A DNA stretch of 41,012 bases. Origin: Candidatus Parcubacteria bacterium. Lineage in GTDB: Bacteria > Patescibacteriota > Minisyncoccia > Phycocordibacterales > PALSA-1337. How positions within the stretch are numbered: position 1 is the first letter of the stretch; each line of letters opens with the position of its first letter. The DNA is taken from positions 1 through 41,012 of the forward strand of contig JBDLTF010000007.1 of the NCBI GenBank assembly GCA_039799225.1, read 5' to 3'. Below, piece after piece: positions 28,028-37,103 of the stretch. The notes beneath the pieces are model-generated. The model worked only from the letters and a program-made list of their open reading frames with translations, did not search any database and was not told the DNA's origin. The position numbers and the translations under genes are program-made.

Positions 28028-28729
28028 CTACTTCTTGAGTACGTATACTTTCTCGTGATAGAGACCAGAGGCAAGGGGTGCGAAACAAGTTTCAACAACA
28101 GACTGGATGATACGCGCAGCGAATGGAACGCGCCAGATGAGAGGTAGACGGAATCCTACGGGCGCAATCTTTTCAATCTTGAAAACTTCACACATCTTCG
28201 ATTCATATTCCTGATATGTCAGGAAATTCTTGTATCCGGACTTATCATCGAAGCGTTCGTTCAGAGATCCTCTTCCTGCAATAGAAAAGATACAGATTCC
28301 ATCCGCCTTGAGATGCTCAGATATATAGGCGAGCTCTTCGTCGAAATCAGCATAGTTCGCGACACCTATCTCTATAATGACATCATATCGCGCATCACGA
28401 GACTCTTCCCCTCTCACGAAAAAACTCATATTCTCACCTTGGTTGAGCTTTCGAGCCGCGACAATCATTTCAGCGGCCGTGTCGATACCCGTCATTGATG
28501 CAAATGACTCGCCCATGACCTTGGATACCTCCTTCATGACCACGCCGTCAGCACAGCCTATCTCTAGAAGTTGGAGACCTTTTCGAGCATGAATTTCTTT
28601 TTTCAAGAGCGCACACGTGATAGCGAGCCTTCTCTTGAAGAAACTTTGTACATAGTCCGTGGCACGTTCCGGGTATCTCTTGGCGGAATAGATGGCGCTC
28701 TCTTTGTTGTAGAAATCCTGGTCTTTCAT
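28028..28729 (-). CDS. Class I SAM-dependent methyltransferase
   Basis: LLEIGCADG, GIDTAAEMI, YDVI, LKADG. Confidence 0.85.
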   Translation of the reverse strand: MKDQDFYNKESAIYSAKRYPERATDYVQSFFKRRLAITCALLKKEIHARKGLQLLEIGCADGVVMKEVSKVMGESFASMTGIDTAAEMIVAARKLNQGENMSFFVRGEESRDARYDVIIEIGVANYADFDEELAYISEHLKADGICIFSIAGRGSLNERFDDKSGYKNFLTYQEYESKMCEVFKIEKIAPVGFRLPLIWRVPFAARIIQSVVETCFAPLASGLYHEKVYVLKK

Positions 28730-29409
28730 TACTGCTTGGTTATATCAAGCAAATGCTTATAGTGAGGATCATCCTTCCATTCCTTGAGCTTCTTGGGATC
28801 ATACTTGAAATCGAGATCATTGTGGGCGACGACATACAAGTGTGGAGCGATGTAGCTTGCAAGGAAATCGAGAAATCCATTCGAGAAGATAAATGGTCTG
28901 ATTGCGGCGACTCTCCACCCAGCTCTCTCGACGGTGAGCTTGAGGCTCAACCGTGTAAAGAAGTTCACGTGGGCGACCGCAAGAGCTCCTCTGAATTTAT
29001 TGAAGTCCATAAGCATAGGAATCGCCGGAATGACTGGAACACCGAGAATCAAGAGCCCATTCGCGCGGGCAACCTTCTTCAGCTTCAAAAGGAATGCATG
29101 AGGAGCGAGCAGATGCTCGAAGAGATTGTTCGCCCAGATTGCTCCGAAGAGCTTGTCGAAACCGAGGGAATCTATAAGCTCCGCATTCCCCTTCACGATA
29201 TTGAGCCCATGCTCCTTGCCATATTCAATCTCTGCCAAAGTAGTCGTAAGACCGACGCTTCCTGGACCGAATTTGACCAGATATTCTCCATAGCCACAGC
29301 CGATATCGAGCGTCTTGGTCTCACGGAGATTGAGTCCATCAAGCATTCTGTTGAATGTCTTCGAGGTGGCAACTGGAGCAAATCTGTTATCAGGGGTAGT
29401 AGTGTTCAT
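28729..29409 (-). CDS. Class I SAM-dependent methyltransferase
   Basis: TLDIGCGYG, NLFEHL, LILGVP, HVNFF. Start set to ATG 29409 to avoid overlap with fcl; TGaTACTAT lies 7 nt upstream. Confidence 0.85.
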   Translation of the reverse strand: MNTTTPDNRFAPVATSKTFNRMLDGLNLRETKTLDIGCGYGEYLVKFGPGSVGLTTTLAEIEYGKEHGLNIVKGNAELIDSLGFDKLFGAIWANNLFEHLLAPHAFLLKLKKVARANGLLILGVPVIPAIPMLMDFNKFRGALAVAHVNFFTRLSLKLTVERAGWRVAAIRPFIFSNGFLDFLASYIAPHLYVVAHNDLDFKYDPKKLKEWKDDPHYKHLLDITKQ

Positions 29410-29426
29410 GGGAAGTATAGTATCAC

Positions 29427-30365
29427 TTATTTTCGTAAACTCTCCAAATACCATTCATAGCTCTTCTTGAGACCGTCATCGAGCTTCGTCGTCGACTTCC
29501 ATCCGAGATCAGCGAGCTTCGATACATCGAGAAGTTTTTTCGGCATACCATCGGGCTTGGACACATCGAAAACGAGCTTCCCTTCAAATCCAACAAGGTC
29601 TTTGATCGAAGTAGCGAGCTCCTTGATCGAGACATCTTCGCCTGTTCCTACATTCAAGAAATCCTTCTGATTATAGTTATCCATGAGCCAGACGATTGCC
29701 TCTGCAAGATCATCGACATAGAGGAACTCTCTGCGACTAATACCACTGCCCCAGATAACGACTTCCTTGTCGCCGGCAAGCTTCGCGGCATGGAACCTGC
29801 GAATGAGGGCAGGAATAACATGCGAGGAATCATCACCGAAATTGTCTCCAGGGCCATAGATATTGGTCGGCATACAGGAGATGAAATCTCTGTTGTATTC
29901 AGCGCTAATCTTCTCGCAGAGCTTGATGCCAGAAATCTTCGCCAGAGCATACCCTTCATTTGTTGGCTCGAGCTTACCATCGAGAAGATGCTCCTCCTTC
30001 ATCGGTTGAGGAGCGTTGCGCGGATAGATACATGAACTACCGAGGAACAAGAGTTTCTTTGTATCATGCTTGAATGCCGACCAAATAATATTGTTTTGTA
30101 TCTGCAGATTCTCATACAAGAATTCTGCTGGATACGTCATATTCGCCTTGATACCTCCCACACGCGCAGCTGAGTCAATAACATATTCAGGCTTCTCCTG
30201 TGCGAAGAATGTGTCGACCGCTCGAGAGTCGAGAAGGTCGAGCTCTTTCCTTGTGCGAGTAAGTACATTCGAATATCCCTTGGCGAGCAACATGCGCACG
30301 ACAGCACTTCCGACGAGGCCGGTGTGTCCTGCGACATATATCTTCGAATTCTTATTCATAGGCAT
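29427..30365 (-). CDS. fcl: GDP-L-fucose synthase family epimerase/reductase (Fcl; ColC-like in this context)
   Basis: AGHTGLVGSA, AARVGGI, FLGSSCIYP, LEPTNEGYALAK, MPTNIYGPGDNF, REFLYVDD, KPDG. Confidence 0.93.
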   Translation of the reverse strand: MPMNKNSKIYVAGHTGLVGSAVVRMLLAKGYSNVLTRTRKELDLLDSRAVDTFFAQEKPEYVIDSAARVGGIKANMTYPAEFLYENLQIQNNIIWSAFKHDTKKLLFLGSSCIYPRNAPQPMKEEHLLDGKLEPTNEGYALAKISGIKLCEKISAEYNRDFISCMPTNIYGPGDNFGDDSSHVIPALIRRFHAAKLAGDKEVVIWGSGISRREFLYVDDLAEAIVWLMDNYNQKDFLNVGTGEDVSIKELATSIKDLVGFEGKLVFDVSKPDGMPKKLLDVSKLADLGWKSTTKLDDGLKKSYEWYLESLRK

Positions 30366-30369
30366 ATGA

Positions 30370-31545
30370 CTACTTTATATCTGAGAATATATCTATAAGC
30401 AGTTTGATGTCTGCTCCCGTAAGCTCGGGGTTGTTGCCGAAATAGATCCCTTGATTGTGTATTATATCAGCATTCGGAAGCTTCCTGTGTACTGTGCCAT
30501 GAATCTTGTAAAACGGTTGACCCGTGAGGTTTCCTGCGATCAGGGGACGAACCTCTACTTTCCCTTTCGCGCGACGACGAATAGCTTCTTGTATCTCCTT
30601 GGATCGAGCAATGATTGGAAAGGCAAAATTCGAGACGAGCTCAATGTGGTCAGTTGAAACAGGATGATAGAGATCAGTCATAGAATGTAGAGCATCCGCC
30701 AGCTTGGCAAAATTGTTCCTCCTGCGACGCACAATGATGTCTGCATACTTGAGTTGTCCCTTGCCGAGGAATCCCGCAATCTCCGTCGGACGGAAATTAT
30801 TACCGAGATTGTAGAACGTATAGAGCGCATAGAAATCATCTACTTTATGCTTGGTACGCAGATGTTTCTGCTGATGCGGTTCGAGGTGCCTATCCCATCC
30901 ATGACTGCGAATAATCTTAAGCTCACGCGCGATATTCTCATCATCAGTGACAACCATACCTCCTTCGATAGTAGACATGTGATGCCCCACGAAGAACGAG
31001 AATGTACCGCCGAGACCGAACGAACCGAGCTTCTTACCTTTGTACACTGTACCGAGAGCTTCACATGCATCTTCGAAGAGTGCTATTTTGTTCTTCTTGC
31101 AGATAGATTTGATTGCAGCAAGATCGTCGACGAGACCGAGCACATGGGTCATGAAGAGTCCTTTGAGTTTGTGTTCTTTCAAGGCGTCCTTGAGCGTTGA
31201 CGGAGATATATTGAGTGTCTCGAGACTCACATCGATAGGGACGGGCGTGAGACCAAGCTGGATGAGGGGCAATATATTCGTCGGCCAGGTCACCGCGGAA
31301 AATCCCACTTTGTCACCCTTCTTCAGAATACCCGCATGCATAAGTGCTTGGACAAGCGCAAAATTTGCCGTGCTTCCACTCGAGAACATCACCGCGTGGC
31401 GAGCACCCTGCCACTTCGCAAATGATTTCTCGAAGTCGCGACACTCTTCGCCAAACGAAAGTTGTTTACCACTCTCGATGAAGCGCATAAGGGCCATGCG
31501 CGTCTTCTTCTCATTATAAAAAGCTGATTTGACGAGCTTGATCAT
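30370..31545 (-). CDS. colD: DegT-family B6 enzyme, probable GDP-4-keto-6-deoxymannose 3-dehydratase
   Basis: SGSTAN, EDACEALG. TFSFFVGHHMSTIEGG has His where DegT aminotransferases have Lys. RSHGW. Lies between gmd and fcl. Confidence 0.75.
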   Translation of the reverse strand: MIKLVKSAFYNEKKTRMALMRFIESGKQLSFGEECRDFEKSFAKWQGARHAVMFSSGSTANFALVQALMHAGILKKGDKVGFSAVTWPTNILPLIQLGLTPVPIDVSLETLNISPSTLKDALKEHKLKGLFMTHVLGLVDDLAAIKSICKKNKIALFEDACEALGTVYKGKKLGSFGLGGTFSFFVGHHMSTIEGGMVVTDDENIARELKIIRSHGWDRHLEPHQQKHLRTKHKVDDFYALYTFYNLGNNFRPTEIAGFLGKGQLKYADIIVRRRRNNFAKLADALHSMTDLYHPVSTDHIELVSNFAFPIIARSKEIQEAIRRRAKGKVEVRPLIAGNLTGQPFYKIHGTVHRKLPNADIIHNQGIYFGNNPELTGADIKLLIDIFSDIK

Positions 31546-31546
31546 A

Positions 31547-32596
31547 TTAGGAATTTTTCTTCATACCACGCATCTCCTGTTCGAGATCGGAGTCTACCAT
31601 GAGCTTCACAAGCTCCTTGAATGACGTCTTAGGCTTCCAACCGAGAATTTTCTTCGCTTTTGCAGCACTACCAAGAAGCACTTCAACTTCTGCTGGGCGG
31701 AAATAGTGCGGATCAATCTTGATGATGGTCTTACCAGTTGCACGATCGATACCGATCTCATTCACGCCCTTACCTTTCCATGCAAAATCAATCTTCAACA
31801 TCTTCGCAGTGAGCTCGACGAGTTGTCTGACCGAATACATCTTGCCGGTGGCCAACACGAAATCATCCGGCTTGTCAGCCTGAAGCATGAGCCACATGCC
31901 TTCAACATAATCCTTGGCATACCCCCAATCACGCTGAGCATCCAGATTACCGAGATACATCACCTGATCGAGACCAAGCTTGATGCGAGCGAGACCTCTA
32001 GTGACCTTCCTCGTGACGAAAGTCTCTCCACGTCTCGGAGATTCATGATTGAAGAGAATGCCATTCGTCGCAAATATGCCATAGCTCTCGCGATAATTCT
32101 TGGTCGTCCAATATGCGTACACTTTCGCACATCCATATGGTGAGCGCGGATAGAATGGAGACTTCTCTGTAAGTGGAAGTTCAACAGCTTTACCAAACAT
32201 TTCACTTGATGATGCTTGATAGAACCTCGTCTTGATTTTGGTGTCCTTGATAGCGTCGAGCAGGCGCAATGTGCCGAGACCGACTACATCGCCAGTGTAT
32301 TCAGGCATATCGAAGCTCACACGCACATGACTCTGTGCACCGAGATTGTAGATTTCATCAGGGCGTATCTTCTCCAAGAGGCGTGAGAGATTGCTTGAAT
32401 CAGTCAGGTCACCATAATGAAGAATGAGCTTCTTATTCTTCATGTGCGGATCCTGGAAAAGGTGGCTGAGGCGCTGAGTATTGAAAGATGACGCGCGGCG
32501 AATGAGTCCGTGGACTTCATAACCTTTCTCGAGGAGGAATTCCGCCAAATATGATCCATCCTGTCCCGTGATGCCGGTGATGAGCGCCTTTTTCAT
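31547..32596 (-). CDS. gmd: GDP-mannose 4,6-dehydratase
   Basis: [59 protein letters not shown]. Start at ATG 32596. Confidence 0.97.
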   Translation of the reverse strand: MKKALITGITGQDGSYLAEFLLEKGYEVHGLIRRASSFNTQRLSHLFQDPHMKNKKLILHYGDLTDSSNLSRLLEKIRPDEIYNLGAQSHVRVSFDMPEYTGDVVGLGTLRLLDAIKDTKIKTRFYQASSSEMFGKAVELPLTEKSPFYPRSPYGCAKVYAYWTTKNYRESYGIFATNGILFNHESPRRGETFVTRKVTRGLARIKLGLDQVMYLGNLDAQRDWGYAKDYVEGMWLMLQADKPDDFVLATGKMYSVRQLVELTAKMLKIDFAWKGKGVNEIGIDRATGKTIIKIDPHYFRPAEVEVLLGSAAKAKKILGWKPKTSFKELVKLMVDSDLEQEMRGMKKNS

Positions 32597-32635
32597 AGAT
32601 AGTGAGTGTAGCAATAGTTTACCAAAGAAACAGTA

Positions 32636-32664
32636 TTGACACGCTACTCTTAAAATGATATAAT
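32636..32664 (+). promoter_or_regulatory. Perfect sigma70 promoter TTGACA-17-TATAAT with extended TG
   Basis: TTGACA at 32636-32641, TG at 32656-32657, TATAAT at 32659-32664. Confidence 0.8.
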
Positions 32665-32724
32665 ATAAGAAATAGTATTCCAGCGAGAAGCTGGCATACA
32701 AAACAATTCACCAAAGGTTATATT

Positions 32725-33507
32725 GTGAACGTTCCTTTAAAAGAAGCAGATAAAAACAAAGTTGTCCTTGTGACGACGACATCAAGTCCATCGCTTGATG
32801 ACATACGAGCCCAGCTCGCAATCAAGACCTGTCTCGCAGCTCGCGAGCATGGATACAGGATTATCGTGGTCGAGGGAAGTCCGTGCCTGGAATTCAAAAT
32901 GGCACTCTGGAGAACTGGAGCGACCGTTACCGACCAGACAGAACGAGGAATGGGTGTATCTCGCCGTCAAACTCTCAAAGCAGGGATTGCGACGGAAGCT
33001 GAAGTGATTGCCTGGATTGAGCCGGAGAAGCATACTCTTATTCCCCTGCTCGAACCATGCATAACACCTATCCTGACCAAACAGGCCGATGTGGTCATCC
33101 CTCATCGGCAAAACCTCGACGGATATCCTCACTACCAGCAACTCTCCGAGCGTCGCGGAAATCGTGAGCTCGGGAATATCACTGGCCGACCTGATCTTGA
33201 TCCATTCTTCGGGCCACGGATCATGTCTCGGAAAGCTGCGTCAATAATGGCCGGCTATACCGGACAAGGCGGGAAAAACGTCTATGGTGACAAATGGGAG
33301 ATTTTGTTTGTTCCCATCGTCTGGTTCATCAAAAATGACATGCGGATAGAGTCGGTCACTGTCGACTATCATCACCCGCCCGAACAATTGGCGGAAGATG
33401 ATGCTTCCATGAGGACGAAGCGCGACGAACAGCGCACTTGTATCGTGAAAGCAATGGACCGCGAGGCGAAGCGTCTCAGAATCAAACGTTTGTTCAAGCA
33501 CGTGTGA
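32725..33507 (+). CDS. Hypothetical protein, possibly GT-A fold
   Basis: 260 aa with IIVVEGS, GMGVSRR, WIEPEK, ADVVIP.R and D.FFGPR, resembling degenerate GT2 elements. Has its own promoter and terminator. Confidence 0.65.
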   Translation: MNVPLKEADKNKVVLVTTTSSPSLDDIRAQLAIKTCLAAREHGYRIIVVEGSPCLEFKMALWRTGATVTDQTERGMGVSRRQTLKAGIATEAEVIAWIEPEKHTLIPLLEPCITPILTKQADVVIPHRQNLDGYPHYQQLSERRGNRELGNITGRPDLDPFFGPRIMSRKAASIMAGYTGQGGKNVYGDKWEILFVPIVWFIKNDMRIESVTVDYHHPPEQLAEDDASMRTKRDEQRTCIVKAMDREAKRLRIKRLFKHV

Positions 33508-33515
33508 AGCCCACG

Positions 33516-33560
33516 AAAAATCAAGCGCCGTTCCTTTGCAGGAACGGCGCATTTTTATTT
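33516..33560. terminator. Bidirectional intrinsic terminator
   Basis: gcgccgttcct-ttgc-aggaacggcgc flanked by A and T runs, between convergent genes. Confidence 0.85.
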
Positions 33561-33570
33561 GAAATGAAAC

Positions 33571-34356
33571 CTACTTCACTTTCTTGGGACGATGATAGTA
33601 CCAGCGTCTCCCTATGCGGAATACTCCACCGATAACAGGAATGTAGCATGCTCGGCGAGTTAGATACTCCACATACTCTTCCTTCGCTCTATTTGTAATT
33701 ACAGGAATACCTTCACGCTTACAGAGTGCCAATGCATCGTACTGCCAGCGACCACGCTTGATAGCGGTAATGAATATATCTATAGCAGGATTCTTGGGCC
33801 ACACGCTCAAGAAGAGTTCATTCATCTTGTGTGCACGCTTGGTACCATCGAGCTCCATCTGCCAAGCGTTCTCACCTGGTACGAGCAAGCGCTTGAATGC
33901 CGCCTTGTCCCAGATAGCTGTCATCGTAGAGACACGATACGGAGCACTCTCACCGATAATGCCGAGCTCGGCGATATCCTTGTATGGCTTATCAGGACCT
34001 GGTGTCGGTGTCAGGCGGAGACATGAGACACCATCCTTCTTGAGGAGCTCGAGCAGTCGAACGACACGGGCTGTATCAACTGTCTTCAGGATGAAGACAT
34101 CTTCGAGGAAGTAGATGAAATTCTTCTCAGGAATAGTATCAAGTGCAGCAATCATATTGTTTGCCCAACCAAGATCCTTGCCGAGATTGATCATGTTCAC
34201 TCGCGGATCAACGACTTTCTTGGTCTCTGTTATGAGATACACCTTGAAGGGACAATCAGGCCAGTATTTGAAGAAGAAGGCGAAGAAAGGACCCCACGAA
34301 TCCTCGTAGCTATCGCATGACGGAATGATTACTGCGCAGTCGTGTGTATTATTCAT
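33571..34356 (-). CDS. Putative glycosyltransferase-like protein of polysaccharide loci
   Basis: SCDSYEDSW.PFF..F.KYW.DC, YFLEDVF, GENAWQME; glycan-locus context. Confidence 0.65.
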   Translation of the reverse strand: MNNTHDCAVIIPSCDSYEDSWGPFFAFFFKYWPDCPFKVYLITETKKVVDPRVNMINLGKDLGWANNMIAALDTIPEKNFIYFLEDVFILKTVDTARVVRLLELLKKDGVSCLRLTPTPGPDKPYKDIAELGIIGESAPYRVSTMTAIWDKAAFKRLLVPGENAWQMELDGTKRAHKMNELFLSVWPKNPAIDIFITAIKRGRWQYDALALCKREGIPVITNRAKEEYVEYLTRRACYIPVIGGVFRIGRRWYYHRPKKVK

Positions 34357-34365
34357 AGGAGTATT

Positions 34366-35397
34366 CTATTGTGTAGATATGATACCTCTTTTCACCGCTT
34401 CATCAAATATCCCTTTCACTCGAGCCTTGGTCGAGTGTGCTGAGATAATTCCTGCATATTCATCAGACATATTTATCTGAGCGTATCCATCTTTCAAGAA
34501 TATGGCGACCTCCTGGAGTTTCTTTTCAAAATCGGCGAGATCACTGAACTGAACGATCCTCTTATAGTCCAGCGCCGAGCTTCCCTCTTCATAAATATCG
34601 ATAGTCTCAGTCATGAGCATGCATCCATTGCCGAGAATCTCCCAGAAGCGTGCAGTGTCGAAGCCTCCACCACCGATCGAGATGCCAACTTTCGAACGCG
34701 CCAAGATATCGTAGAACTCATTCCTGCCAGCAACCTTCTGGTCATCGCTGAAAGTGAATCCTTTCGTCTTCTTGGTATGACAGGTCAACCCATTTTTCTT
34801 GCAGAATTTCTCGAGAACTTTGACCGCCTGTCTCCTCATGATTGGATATTCGTCTTGCCCGAAGATACAGCAGAAATCAATATCCCTTTTCTTACCAGCA
34901 TCATATGAGCCGAGATAGCGTGACTCTATACCGAACGGAAATGGCATGATGCCACCGATGTACGGCTTTTCTCTGCGGAAATAGAGTGCGCACTTCGCGA
35001 GCATGTCTTCATCTATCTTGCCCCATTCCGGATAGGTTCGATTCTCGAGCTGAGTGCGAATATCGCGATCATAGCGTCTGTCTTTGCCGAGCTCACTTCC
35101 ATCAATGAAAACTGTTTTGTCCCAGCGACCAATCTTATTCGCCAATTCCTGATTGGTCGTGTTCTTCCCGCAAGTGAAGATGATGAGATCAGCCGTAGCT
35201 GCAAATCTCTCGAAAGATACTTCATCGAGCCTATAGGGAGAGAGGTCGTAGGGACAGAGATATTCCTCAGGTGGCAGTGCGAGCTCGATATCATGATATG
35301 CACTGTCGCCATCACGCATGTGCTGCAAGATACCATCCAATACGGTATTGGTGAGATATTCGCTGCGGACTTTCGGCGGTATGAAAGCGATTTTCAT
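34366..35397 (-). CDS. Putative GT-B glycosyltransferase
   Basis: FIDGSE, YFRRE, and C-terminal FYDILARSKVGISIGGGGFDTARFWEILGNGC. Confidence 0.7.
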   Translation of the reverse strand: MKIAFIPPKVRSEYLTNTVLDGILQHMRDGDSAYHDIELALPPEEYLCPYDLSPYRLDEVSFERFAATADLIIFTCGKNTTNQELANKIGRWDKTVFIDGSELGKDRRYDRDIRTQLENRTYPEWGKIDEDMLAKCALYFRREKPYIGGIMPFPFGIESRYLGSYDAGKKRDIDFCCIFGQDEYPIMRRQAVKVLEKFCKKNGLTCHTKKTKGFTFSDDQKVAGRNEFYDILARSKVGISIGGGGFDTARFWEILGNGCMLMTETIDIYEEGSSALDYKRIVQFSDLADFEKKLQEVAIFLKDGYAQINMSDEYAGIISAHSTKARVKGIFDEAVKRGIISTQ

Positions 35398-35421
35398 GTG
35401 ACTAACTGATATGCACGCAAA

Positions 35422-36042
35422 TTACTTATTCGGCTTGAGCACAAAGAAATGATGGTACTGGTTCTCAAATGGTACAAAATCTTTTTGTATTGAAAAATAC
35501 TTTTTGAGAATCTTCCTGATCTTCTGTATCTCATGCCCCTTCTTACCGATTTCGAAATGATGTTCTCCGTTCCATACATGCTTGGGATGAAATGGAAGTT
35601 TGAATGCCCACTTAACCCTCTTCATGAAAGGAATCTTGAATGAGAGCTCACATGAGGGGCCGAAGTGCGGAAGACTGATGATTACCGCTTTCTTCGAGAC
35701 ACGGGCAAGTTCTGACAGCGCTTTCTCGAACATTTCAAACGGGATATGCTCAAGCACTTCGAAGGCACACGCAACTTCGAACTCATCATCAGCGAACGGC
35801 AAATCAAGGACACTTGCTACGACATCGGGAATCAAATCCTCAGCTATGTCAGCCGCAATATATTTTATGGTTGTGTTCTTCTTGATGTAGTCACCGAAAA
35901 CACCATCACCAACACCAATCTCCAATATAGAGGCAGGATTGAACTCAAGAGCCTCCTTAAGTTGGAAGAAATAGCTCGCCCACCTACCGAGGTGAGAATA
36001 CGCCTTGAAATCATAGTGACCCTTATCTACCTGCTTCTTCAT
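35422..36042 (-). CDS. Class I SAM-dependent methyltransferase (type 11-like)
   Basis: ILEIGVGDG, DLPFADDEF, FEVLEHIP, ELARVS. Confidence 0.88.
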   Translation of the reverse strand: MKKQVDKGHYDFKAYSHLGRWASYFFQLKEALEFNPASILEIGVGDGVFGDYIKKNTTIKYIAADIAEDLIPDVVASVLDLPFADDEFEVACAFEVLEHIPFEMFEKALSELARVSKKAVIISLPHFGPSCELSFKIPFMKRVKWAFKLPFHPKHVWNGEHHFEIGKKGHEIQKIRKILKKYFSIQKDFVPFENQYHHFFVLKPNK

Positions 36043-36043
36043 A

Positions 36044-37099
36044 TCAGTTCAGCTTAGCAGAAATAGTCTGTATAAGCATGCCGACATCAGCCTTCTCTCG
36101 CGCGACCTTCTGTAGGTCTGCACCGACTTGCGCTGCACCATCTCCAGAAAAGAGCTTCATTATCTTCGTGGCCAAGTCGCTCGCATCTCCCTCCATGAAC
36201 ATGAGTTTACCGGCATGAACACCGAAATATCCATTGAACGCGCCATTCGTCGCCAAAACAGGCACTCCTGCAGCCATTGATTCAAGTACAACCTTGTCCG
36301 CACCACCTGTTGGAGCTAGGTTAACTGTCACATCAGCAGATGCATATCTCTCAGGCATATTCACTGGAGAAATATCACCAACGAAATGTACAATCTCTCC
36401 GAGGTCATATTTCGAAATGAGAGCTTCTAATGTTTTCTTATAGGAACGATCATTCTCAGTCACTGGGCTGCCAATGAAGTCGATAGTGAACTTCTTTCCC
36501 CACTGCTTCTTTAGAAGATGCGCAGCTTCAATAAGAACATCACCATTCTTTATCGGTGTAATTCTCCCGACGCTCAATAAGGTAATCGGCTCGACACCAA
36601 TAGTTTTGCTTCGTGGCGCATCAGCGTACTGCGCGACATCTATACCATGTCCCGTCGCGAGAACCTTGTTGCTTGCGAGCTTGAAGCCCTCTTTCGAAGC
36701 AGTGAATACCTGATCAGCCAGTTTTTCTGCAATTATCAGTTTCGTATCAACATTCTTGTGCGTATACCAGAGAGATATTTTCTTTCCCAGCACCTTCCAG
36801 ATTAATCCACCGAGGACGACGTAGATCGGATTCATATGTACGAACACAGCATCGTAGTTCTCCCTTTCCTGCCAGATATATTTATAAAAATGGAGGATGT
36901 ATTTGAGTTGTGAACTATCACCTTTCACCTTACCCAGAGAAAGGACTTTCACATTTGCTGGCAATTCATGAGCACCTTCTTCGAGACAGATGACAACAAC
37001 CGACTCACAGTGTCTCGCAAACTCGATGATCCATCGATGGAAAAATCCCAAAATAGGATCTTCCAGATTCACCTTCTGAGTTACGATGAGAAGCTTCAT
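36044..37099 (-). CDS. GT4 glycosyltransferase
   Basis: GHGID, SVGRITPIK, DKVVLESMAAGVPVL. Start at ATG 37099 (MKLLIVTQ). Confidence 0.9.
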   Translation of the reverse strand: MKLLIVTQKVNLEDPILGFFHRWIIEFARHCESVVVICLEEGAHELPANVKVLSLGKVKGDSSQLKYILHFYKYIWQERENYDAVFVHMNPIYVVLGGLIWKVLGKKISLWYTHKNVDTKLIIAEKLADQVFTASKEGFKLASNKVLATGHGIDVAQYADAPRSKTIGVEPITLLSVGRITPIKNGDVLIEAAHLLKKQWGKKFTIDFIGSPVTENDRSYKKTLEALISKYDLGEIVHFVGDISPVNMPERYASADVTVNLAPTGGADKVVLESMAAGVPVLATNGAFNGYFGVHAGKLMFMEGDASDLATKIMKLFSGDGAAQVGADLQKVAREKADVGMLIQTISAKLN

Positions 37100-37103
37100 G
37101 GAT

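Noticed and set aside
28753-29460. 235-aa plus-strand ORF and other long antisense ORFs over obg, secA, colD and gmd
   Set aside because: They fully overlap well-supported genes on the other strand and show no recognisable motifs.
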